A program made the position numbers and the translations under genes. Below the pieces are notes generated by a model. That model saw nothing but the letters and a program-made list of their open reading frames with translations, made no database searches and was not told where the DNA came from. Positions 53,331 through 64,000 of a stretch of DNA of 64,000 nucleotides are shown here, one piece after another. This DNA is from the human T2T-CHM13v2.0 reference genome, Homo sapiens, in NCBI RefSeq assembly GCF_009914755.1, contig NC_060935.1. One strand, written 5' to 3'. Each line of letters opens with the position of its first letter. The stretch's first letter is position 1.

Positions 53331-55951
53331 ATTCACTTCTTGCTTTCTGCCAATCATCAGCCCAGATCGACTTTATCATTGCCATTAGAATGACCTTCTA
53401 TCTTTCTAAGTCATCATTTACTTTCGTGTTAATTACTCCCAATCACTTATTTTCTCACTCTCTGCATTTGCAGTGAGAATTGGTTAAAACCACCTGAATT
53501 ATTCGGTATTTGGCAAACACATACAATTTGGAATCCTAATCTGGCTTTAAAATAAAAAATTGCCATGAGTAATTTAGTGCTGAACTCAACACTAGCCCGC
53601 ACTTGAATAGATAAATGTAAAATTACCCTTGGCAGTTCTTATAAAGACATATGTAAATACATGGTTGGGCATAGCACAGTTATTGAATATTTAAATCAAT
53701 TTGCCCATTACTAATGAATGACTGGCCAGAATCAATTACATCCTAAAAATCAATAAACTAAGAATATCCCACTAGAAATTCTGAAATAGACAAGAGATTT
53801 TTTTCCTTACTTGTTATGGTATGCCATCAGGAAATCATTAAAGGATTTAGTAATACCAAATCTGAAAACTATCAAGGCTAGGAAGAGAGCAGCACATTCC
53901 AGCACGCTTAGCCTTGGGCCCCTGCCCAGCTGGGGACATCAAACCCTGCAGAACTGTGAAGCTGACAAAGTATAATTTAGGGGCTACCAGCCCCTTTTTT
54001 GATACAGTTTCCTCATCTCTGTAGTTATTTCTCATCCCTTCCTTCACTCTCCTGAGCTCAGGGGCTTATAAGCTATTAACTTTTTCTCAGGGAAAAAATA
54101 TGATACTAGCCACTTAAATTTTAGTGTGAACAAGGCTTAATGTCTAATCTCTCCTAAGGGAATTTGCATTTTAACAAGAAATTTTTTAAATGGGAAATTT
54201 CAGAAAAGAACTTGTTGGCCAGAAGATCATCTGGGGAGAGACATGGGGACTCTTTTTCCTTTCCCCAGATCACATTACTTATTCCATAATTTACACTTGC
54301 AAGAGTGTCACTGTTTCTGAGTTTTAAGTCAAGCTTAAAATTGCCTGTTTTCACAGGGTAGTTTTCCTGTAAAATAATGATTTCTTCTTGTATCAAAGGC
54401 TAATGATTGAAAAAGTCTCAAAAAAAGAAGAAAAAAAAGTCTCATGAGGCTTTTTAAAAAACAGATGCACACAAATTACAGGAAAAAAACATTATTTACA
54501 TTAAATAAATAAACATTAAATAGACAACTATTAAATAAACAAGTAAATACTCAATAAACAACTTGGTTTTCTAAGGTGAATATCAAAGCTTTATTGTCAG
54601 CTGTTTAAAATAGAGCAAAATATCACCAGAAGTGAATTGAAAATACATAGATATTGTGCCACAAAGTCCCACTGAATTTTATATCGTCTATTAAGACTGG
54701 TTGCCCAAAGCAGTTTAAGTACAGTAGAATTACTCATCTCAAGTGTCTAGGGGCCTAGTATGTGTTAGATATTTCTCTAGATAATGGAATCGTCAAATGG
54801 ACATTGAGTCCCTGCCTCCAAAAATCTCACTGTCTGGAGATGATTGAGGCCATGTGAATTACGATAAGATGCATGGTAAATTCTCAGAGAAAGGAAAGCA
54901 CAGGTTATGATGAGAACACAAAGTAAAACTCCCGGGTTCTGATCAGAGAAGCAGGACTGGGGGTAGATTGCTTTTAAAAGGAGGACATAAAGATAGGAGA
55001 GCTTAGGCCTGAGCAAGAGAGATTTGCAAATACCATTAACAAAATATCCAAACCAAGTACAAGGTCTAAGGTGTCCACTGAAAATGAGGTAGGGCAGACA
55101 CCTGGCTGAGGTCCAAGTGGATTAGGAGAACTTAGGGGGATTCAGCAATAGGGGTCCCAGACTCAGTCTCAGGGAAATTTAGATATGGGAAGATGAAGCT
55201 TCTCATTCCCTTTGCCAAGAGCATTCCTCCCTCAAAACTGGACAACGCTGCCTTCTTCTCACTGGTCAAACATGAAGTAGCATGACCCCATGTCACTTAT
55301 AACTTGTCATGTTTTATTTCCTTTGCAGCATTTATCAATAAGAGATTATCTCATTTTTTATTGATGTGCTCCTTTATTTTCTGTTTCTCCCCACTAGAAT
55401 GTAGTTTTGTGAAGGTCTGTTTCATAAAAGGCACCTGATAAACATGCATTGAATGGTTGTTGGATAGAGTTCTAAGGCCCAGGGACAAGGCAGGAAGGTG
55501 CCGGTGAACTGGAAACACAGCAGGTTGGTAGAGGACTGCGGGATAAAGCAGACTTTAAGGTCACTGAAAATTGAATAGCGGGTTCAAATAGTCAAAGCAA
55601 TGGTCATTTTTAAACATTTGTATTCAGATCTTCCTTATGTGAAGCTGAATTCTTTTAAATGTTTGTGTAAATTTACTTTAGATCTTGAGGTGGCTTATTT
55701 AATCAATGATGGATCTGTCCTAAGATATCAGCCCACTAAAATAAAATTGGTCAGAAATCAGCGTGTTTCTTAGTACTGTCCTATGCCATTGGTCTGAGAT
55801 ACAGCCATATGCAATGTATCTGATGACTTTGTGTACCTCCCTCCAGTGTACACATTTTAAAAGTCACATTTGCTCTTTGATTCAATGAACTCCTCTGGAG
55901 AAATAAAAATTTTGTTCTATTAGCTGTCCTTTCTGATAACCTCAAGACAAA

Positions 55952-56109
55952 GCTTGTGTTCTCACGATGTCTGGGATAATTCTTCAGTCTAGAGAGTGAC
56001 AGACTAGATTGAATTAGCTTTGGTTCTTTCATCACTAATTAGGTGGCAAAGCAGGCCTGCTGCAAGGCACACAGACATGGACTCTCTTTCCATAATTAGC
56101 CTAATAAAG
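55952..56109 (+). repeat. Inverted repeat arm A (partner 58314-58471)
   Basis: Ungapped 158-nt alignment, ~77% overall and 59/63 in the core 55998-56060. Confidence 0.92.
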
Positions 56110-56746
56110 GATTGCAGCCCTGGCAAGAGATGTCCTTGCATGATCTTGAGATCCAGAATTCTCACAGGACTGTGGGCTTCTCAAGGACAGGAAGGTTGCT
56201 TCATCCTCTTCCTATTCCAAGGGTCTAAGTCAGGGTAATGTCCATCACATGACAGGTGCCCAGCAAATACTTGTAGAACCTAATGCATTTCTATGAAGGG
56301 TGTTTCTAGAAGTATTACTATAATACACTCTGCCTTTAACCCTGTTTTATTTGCTATTTTTACCAGTATCTTAAATAAAGAGAGACATGCACATCCATTT
56401 TTAAAAGGACACAAGCTGTGAGAGAGATAACTAATGGGATGGCTGATGAAATCAAGCTTCAAAATTATCCCCACAGAGTAGAAAGATTAGCTCCAACTGT
56501 CAGGATAAAGTTTAATAATGACATGTGTATATTCTCTTACATAGGTGCAAACTATCAATTGCACAGTTGTCAGAAGAAGAAAACCTGATTAGCAGTAGTT
56601 GATGTAAAAAAAATCTGGATCTCACCCTTCTTCGTAAATTTAGTCAGTGTTAACTGTGTAAAACTTCAGCCGAGAAATAAAAAAATAAAGCAACGATAGG
56701 AGATTTTAATACAAATATAATGTATAGAATGTACAAAGCAAGGTAA

Positions 56747-57061
<315 letters not shown>

Positions 57062-57099
57062 AGTTGCTATATTTTAAGAGATAGTCCAACAAATGAAAA

Positions 57100-57240
57100 C
57101 AGTACTTCTCCAGCTTTATCACGCATACAAACCATTTTGTTAGTACGTCTGGTTTGGGGCCTGGAAATCTGCATTTCTAACAAGCTCTCAGGTGATATTG
57201 ATGTTTCTGGGGCACGGAGCACTTTTTTTAAATAGCAAGG
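57100..57240. mobile_element. MER5A with internal deletion
   Basis: ggggcctggaaatctgcatttctaacaagctctcaggtgat. Confidence 0.7.
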
Positions 57241-57439
57241 CACTAGTGTCTATTTTGAGACAGGCCCACAGCTGGAAGACTTAGGAATCTGAAAATCACA
57301 AGCCATGATAATGATGGAAAGAACTGGACTATTGAACACGAAGAAGGTTTTGCATGGTGGGGACATACTTTCAGTCCTTAAATTTTGAATAACTGTCATA
57401 ATAAAGAACAGACTTGTGCATTCTGGTCACCAAAAGCAA

Positions 57440-57682
57440 ACACAGAAGTGGAAGAAATTGCAAGATGTAGATTTTGGCTAAATATAACAAAGCACGTTCT
57501 AGCAGATGGAGCCACTCGGTGATAGAAAGTGCTGCCTCATAACCTTGGACATGCCTCTGCAATTGACAAGGCTGAGGAGGAACTGGTCAATTGCCAGTTA
57601 GGCATGCAAAGATGATTCCTATGTGGGCAAGAGAAAAGACTTGATACAATTTAAGATTCCTTTCAACTCTAAGATGCTGTGA
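57440..57682 (+). mobile_element. L3/CR1-like (or MIR3) 3' end
   Basis: ...taagattcctttcaactctaagatgctgtga terminal motif. Confidence 0.5.
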
Positions 57683-58313
57683 ATCTGCATCTTATTTATT
57701 ATCTCTTTGATGTCTCCTTAATGGTTTTCCCTCAGCCTATTGTTCCAGGCCCATGAACTTCACTGCAGATTCCCTCTTCTGAGAAATTGGATGTGAAAAT
57801 GTTCTGCAAAATATATAGCACCATATAAAATACAAGCTTATATTGAGAATTTTATAGTACTCCATTAATTTTCTTTCATTTCTACATATCTGGTTGTCAA
57901 TTTAACATGGAACTTGCTTGGATCAAGGCAATATTCAGCAAACAAGTGATATTCAATTATGAATAAAAGGCATATTTCATACTAATGAGCATAGAGGAAA
58001 TAGTTAGATACTTGGATATGTTACAAAAAAATTGTGGCATTTCCAACATTTCAAAATTTAAAATAAATTCTAACTTCTAGGACTCTTTTGTTATAATCCA
58101 CTGTGAAATTTGAGAGATAAATTAATGGATATCTCAAGGTCATTTTCAAACCAAGGGTTGAAAAAAATGTAAGCACATCCTTTAAAATATCAATGTAACT
58201 TTTTCTTGTATTCTGTTGTGTCTGTAAATTGATTGCGTAGCTTCAACATTTCCTAAGCTTTACATTTCAGGGCAATTTTTAGAGAATTGGCATCCTGAAA
58301 CATGGTGAAGGCA

Positions 58314-58471
58314 CTTCATTAGGCTTATTACAGGAACTGAATCGATGCCTTGGTGCCCCGAGGCAGGCCTGCTGTGCCATCTAATTAGTGATGGAAGAAC
58401 CAAAGCTAATTCAATCTAGACTGTCGCTCCTGGGACTGACATATTGCCCTGGACAGCTTGGGAGTACAAGC
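58314..58471 (-). repeat. Inverted repeat arm B
   Basis: Reverse complement of 55952-56109; retains three CpGs that arm A lacks. Confidence 0.92.
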
Positions 58472-60149
58472 CCTCCCAGAGGATTACAGCACGAATACCA
58501 GCCCAAGAAGGGCACTGAGATGTCAAACCATTAAAGCTCTTCCAGTTATCCCCCAAAAGCAGTTTTAAATACAGCACATTTCATGGGAAGAATTGTCACA
58601 CCCAGGAGATTTCAAAAGAAAAAAATAAACGATGGAAAGAGCTTATTTACAATAACCTGCCACTTTATCCTGACATGAAGTGTCAACTAGACACTGTTCT
58701 TCTGGATTTTGGATTCAAAAAATGGCAAAGGAGACCCCATTGCCTCACCAGAAAACAATGCTGTATGTGGATGGATTTATATGATAATACAGTAGAGAAA
58801 AAACAAACTTCTTTCACATTCAGAAACTGATTTGCCTTTATAACCACATAGAAGGGTATCTAAAGTAGATAATCCCATTTAATTGATGAAGACACTGAAT
58901 TTCAAAGAATCTAAGTGGCTTCCTCAATGTTACAAAGATGCTAAATCATAGAGCTAGGACTCCTTTTAACTCATAATTTTCTTTTCATTTTGGAAAAAAA
59001 CAATTAAATGTCATATTTTCTGTGAGAACTAAAATATGCCATTAGATTATACCTGTATATTGCTACAGTAGAGATATGTTTAAATAGTTCTACTATTAAT
59101 GTTTTTAATGGAGTTTTTTGTTTCCCCCTGTAAAACATAATTCTCTCAGAAAATATTCTTTATAAATATGTATGTTTACTCAGTTTCTACTGTGTATAAT
59201 GCACTTTACAAAGTCCCTTACATGCACTATTATTTATTCCTCACTAAAGCCCCATGAAATAGGCATAAACAGCTTCGTTTTTTTAAATGAAAAAATAATT
59301 AGGAAAGATTAACCTGCCATTGCTCTCACAGCTGGCAAATGGCAAACGTGGTTCCTCCGTCACACCATGCCCCGCCTTTCAGTACTATGGAATCATTGAC
59401 TAATTTATTGAACAATATTTGTTGAATACATGTATCTCAGAGTAGAATCGGAGCTCAAAATGTAGTTGATGATAATTTTGAATTAATTAACTTTTGACAT
59501 CTTAAAATCATTTTCACATTCAGCTTGAAATTTGTATCTTGCTGGACATCACCAATTTTGTTGTTGTCGTTAAAAGTATCTACTTGAGGTACAGTAAGTG
59601 ATGAGTTAACATATGCTTTTCTGTGGAAAGAAAGCCTTTGAGATTCTGAACTCAAAGATGAGAAGGGTGCCAGGGAGTAAAACCCACTGGGTTTAAATTT
59701 GCATTTTCTCCATACCTTATGCCTAGCACGGAAAGCCCACAATGAGGTATGAAGGATGGGAATAGAAAAGAAAGTGGTGAGACAAATACATTTTTCATTT
59801 AGGTCTGCAGAAATCACACACCAAAAGGAGCTCAGTGGTCTTGGGCAAGAGACAACTTATCCAAGCCTCAATCCCCTGACCTGTTTAAAAAAAAAAAAAA
59901 AAGAAAATCACTCTCAGCTGTTTCTTTCTCTTGGGATTGCAGTGAGGAGTAAATAAAATAATGTCTATAAAAGCATTTCTAAACTGATAGGTATTACAAA
60001 TAGAAGACATTACATACTAATATAAGGTATTGACATTTGCATTTTTGTTAAGTATTTTCACTGACTTGGCTTTAAATCATTTCCTTAACTGGCCTATTAC
60101 TTTTGGGTGCTGGTCCCACTCAGCTTTTTTTGCTGAAATGAGGAGTGTG

Positions 60150-60562
60150 TGTGATGATTAATTTTATGAATCAACTCAACTGGGCTAAGGGAGTGTTGGC
60201 TAAACAATATTTATGGGTGTGTCTTTGAAGATATTTCTGGAAGAGATGAGCATTTGAATAGGCAGACTGAGTAAAGATCACTCTCACCAATGTTAATGGG
60301 CATCATCCAATCCACTGAAGTCCTGAATAGAACCAAAAGGTGAATAAAGGATGAATTTATTTTATCTGAAACATGAAAGCTCCTGGTTCCCGGGCCTGTG
60401 AACCTGAGACTTACACCAGCAGCCTGGCCTGGTTCCCAGGCATTTGAACTCCACCTGAATTACATCACCAGCTTTCATGGTGGTCCAGCTTGCAGACAGC
60501 AGATCGTGGGACTTCTCAGCTTCCATAATTGTATGAGTCCATTTCTACAATAAAGCTCCTCT
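60150..60562 (+). mobile_element. MLT2-family ERVL LTR
   Basis: tgtgatgattaattttatgaatcaact...ccagcttgcagacagcagatcgtgggacttctcagc. Confidence 0.8.
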
Positions 60563-62090
60563 AATTTCTACAATGGGGATATAAATGAAGCAGTGAGAAG
60601 GATGAGGATGTGGGGCCAGTTCTATCAGGTTCACATCTTAATAGCAATGTGATCCTAGGCAAGTTGCTTAAATACCTATTTCCCCCTCTGTGAATTGGGG
60701 AAATAACACCGCTTTTTCAAAAGCAGTTTATCTATCTAAAGCACCTAGCCAAATTTAGCGCTCAGGATATTTGCCAATTGTTAGTTTCTTTCTCATAACT
60801 ATCCAATAAATCAAGTAATTTTTTAAACCTACTGTGGCTTAATTCTTAGTACTCTCTTTCCCAGACAAAGGATAAAGAGTTCTAAAACATATCTAAATTT
60901 GTTTATTATGTGATCTTAAATAACTAATGTGATTTTTTTTAAATATTGCATGCTATTTTCAACTCTAGCTTTTATACCAAAAGAGGCCATGGGTGATTCT
61001 GAAACACAGAAATCCTCATCTCTACTTCTAAACCAAGAGGCTGATAATATGTTAATCCATGCTTTTATCAGGGATTAGAAGAAAACGAGTCACAAAAACT
61101 GCAAAGACTGATATATACTAAGTCCAGTAAAAATTGAAGTGTAATAAATACTGTTATATTTTTGTTACATGAATCATGTATGGGAACTGTCTGTATCCAT
61201 GAAAAATTTTGAAATTTCTCTCTAATATATTCCTCCCACAACAACCCCCTCCCCTCAAATTGATGTCAATAACATTCCAGATGAAGTTTATCCTTTTATT
61301 AAATACACATCAGCAAATAAAGAAATACTTTTTGAGAAGTGCAACAACAACACCCCTTAAATGAAATAGCACTGATGCTTTTCAATGTTCCCAATAGTAC
61401 ATGCATTAAAACAGTATAGCTCTCTATAGGGAAGAAATACATCTTAAGTAATTCACTGCAATAAGAAAATGTAACTTCAGCAAACTACATATTTTATGGT
61501 CATCATTGTTTTGGGGATTTTTTTCTCTGTTTCCTATAATTAGCTGGGTGATTTTCTAGCTGATGTAATAAGCATGATTCTATTCAAGTTGCCCTTGTAA
61601 ATTTACCGTAATTCCATTACCTCCCATCAGGCGGAGACATAGCTCTAGAAACCAGAAAGTTAAACAGCAAAGACATCTTAAAGTACTTCTTTTAGTTGCT
61701 TCCTATATGAATAGTTACTATACTCAGTTATGGATATTTGTCTCCTCAAGAAGAGCAATGAAATGTACATTCACAGAAAGACAAAATCTGGCAATACATG
61801 TGTCTGGAAGACGCTCAGGTCATTCGGTCACCACTTCAGTGACTTAACACAACTTTCTGTATCTTGGGGTCTTCATTTTTATCATTCTCGCCTGCCAAGG
61901 CTCAAAATATTGCTGCTTATAGAATGGTGGTGTCTCCTTAGAGAAAATATAGCATGTAAATAAATGCCCATTCTTTATTCCCTTATCTATCTACCTTTTT
62001 TTAGAGTCAAAACAAATTCTGTTCCCATAAAATCTTCCTTAATTACATTCACCACATTTTGCTTTCTCCTGATTTTGGTGTTTTATTAAT

Positions 62091-62667
62091 TTCTCAAAGA
62101 ACTGAAAATAGAACTGCCATTTTATCCAGCAATCCCACTACTGGGTATCTACCCAAAGGGAAAATAAATAATTATATAAAATTCTACCTGCATTCATATG
62201 TTTATCACAGCACTATTCACAACAGTAAAGTCATGGAATCAACCTAAAAGTCCATCACTGGATGATTGCATTAAAAAAATGTGATAAATCATGGACTACT
62301 ACTTAGCCATAAAAAAAAAAATCATGACTTTTGTGGCAACATGGGTGGAACTAGAGGCCATTATCTTACGTAAAATAACTCAGAAACAGAAAGTCAAACA
62401 CCACATGTTTTCCTTTATAAGTGGGGGCTAAATAATGTGTACACCTAACATACAGAGTAGAATAATAGACACTGGAAACTCTAAAAGGTGGGAAATTCAG
62501 TGGCGGGTGAGGGATGAAAAATTACCTACGGGGTACAAGGTATACCTATTTAGGTGATGATTATACTAAAAGCCCAGACTTTACCACTACATAATGCACC
62601 ATGTAACAAAATTGCACTTATACCCCCTAAATCTATAAAAAGAAAAATAAAATAAATAAAAAATAAA
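62091..62667 (+). mobile_element. L1PB/L1MA-type 3' end
   Basis: ccagcaatcccactactgggtatctaccc...taccccctaaatctataaaa plus an A-rich tail. Confidence 0.88.
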
Positions 62668-64000
62668 TGCTTTGTTGTCCTTTCAACAACTTTTACAGTA
62701 TCTTCATAGTAACGGAGGATGCAGTGAGCCAAGATCACACCACTGCACTCCAGCCTGGGCAACAAGAGTGAAACTCCTTCTCAAAAAAAAAAAAAAAAAG
62801 AAGAAAGAAAGAAGCCACGTTCTTTGTACATCCATAAGAAGCAACTCTTCATTCATTGAAGTTGTATCATGAGATTGCAGCAATTCAGTCACATCTTCAG
62901 GCTCCACTTCTACTTCTAGCTTTCTTGCTATTCGCACCACTTTTGCTGTTACTTCCTCCACTGAAATCTTGAAGCCCTCAAACTCATCCATGAGGATTGG
63001 AGTCAACTTCTGCCTAACTCCTGTTAATGTGCATTTTTGACCTTCTTCCATAAACCATGAATGTCCTTAATGTCATCTAGAATGATGAATCCTTTCCAGA
63101 AGATTTTCAGTCTACTTTGCCCAGATCCATGAGATGAATTGCTATCTAAGGCAGCTCTAGCCTCATGAAATATATTGCTTAAATAATAAGACTTGAAAGT
63201 CAAAATGACTCCTTGATTCAAGCAAAATGGATGCTTGGTTAGCAGGTGTAAAAACACCATTAATCTTCTTGTACATGTTCATCAGAACTCCTGGATTACT
63301 AAAATATTACTAAATGAGCAGTAATACTTTGAAAGGCATCTTTTTTCCTGAGTAGTAGGTCTCAATGGAGGCATTAAAATATTTAGTAAGCCATGCTTTA
63401 AACAGATGTGCTGTCATCTGGACTTTGTTGTTTTATTGATAGAGCATAACAATTTTTAAGGGCCCTAGGATTTTCAGAATACTAAATGAGCATTGGCTTC
63501 AACTAAGTCACCAGCTGCATTAGCCTCTAACAAGAAAAGCAGCATGTCTTTTGCAGCTATGAGGCCAGGCATTGACTTCTCCTCTCTAGCTGTGGAAGTC
63601 CTAGATGGCATCACCTTCCAATAGAAGGCTGTTTTGTCTACATTGCAAATCTGTTGTTTAGTAGCTACCTTCATCAGTGATCTTAGCTAGATCTTCTGGA
63701 TAACTTGCTGCAGCTTCTACATCAGCACTTGCTGCTTCACCTTGCACTTTTAAGTTACAGAGATGGCTTCTTTCCTTAAACCTCATGAACCAAGCTCTGT
63801 TAGCTTCAAACTTTTCTTCTTCAGCTTCCTTACCTCTCTCAGCCTTCATAGAATTCAAGAGAGTCTGGGCCTTACTCCAAATTGGGTTTTGGAAGGCCCA
63901 GACTGACTGCTCCACAGAACAGCTTTTTCCCCATCTCTTTCCATCTATGCCCCTTTCCTCAGGCCTCCCTACTTCCTGAGACACAGAAATATTTGTGGCT
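62668..64000 (-). mobile_element. Tigger1 transposase region, degraded, continuing past the window end
   Basis: ORF remnants [57 protein letters not shown] and [15 protein letters not shown]. Confidence 0.92.
62713..62810 (+). mobile_element. 5'-truncated AluS 3' end inserted in Tigger1
   Basis: cggaggatgcagtgagccaagatc...gggcaacaagagtgaaactcc plus poly(A). Confidence 0.85.

Noticed and set aside
62704-63984. Tigger transposase ORF pieces as a domesticated TIGD gene
   Set aside because: Broken by frameshifts, stops, an Alu insertion and a rearrangement. The same applies to the Tigger4 piece at 524-706.

Overview
AT-rich, CpG-poor primate (very probably human) intronic or intergenic DNA, judged by the presence of AluY/S/J, L1PB/MA/MB/MC/ME, THE1, MLT1/2, MIR, L2, Tigger and Charlie/MER5 repeats. 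I find no credible protein-coding exon: the longer ORFs are transposon remnants, low-complexity artefacts or lack any recognisable homology. There is no CRISPR array, rRNA gene or intact tRNA gene. Repeat family names are from memory of consensus sequences, so subfamily calls are approximate. The main unexplained signal is a set of inverted duplications of local sequence. These are a ~106-bp-arm hairpin at 32.3-32.5 kb, a 110-bp 95%-identical inverted pair at 46.5/47.5 kb, an ungapped 158-bp inverted pair with a 94%-identical core at 56.0/58.4 kb, and a multi-step fold-back insertion in Tigger1 at 63.9 kb, plus micro fold-backs. Unusual retroposition products include a tailless tRNA-Lys(CTT) 5'-half, a ~50-bp polyadenylated 3'-end retrocopy, an L1 fused to foreign DNA, a solo poly(A) insertion and a chimeric Alu. 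Two hAT transposons share a triplicated target site. I cannot establish a new functional biological system from sequence alone. The best candidate for function is the 56.0/58.4 kb inverted pair.
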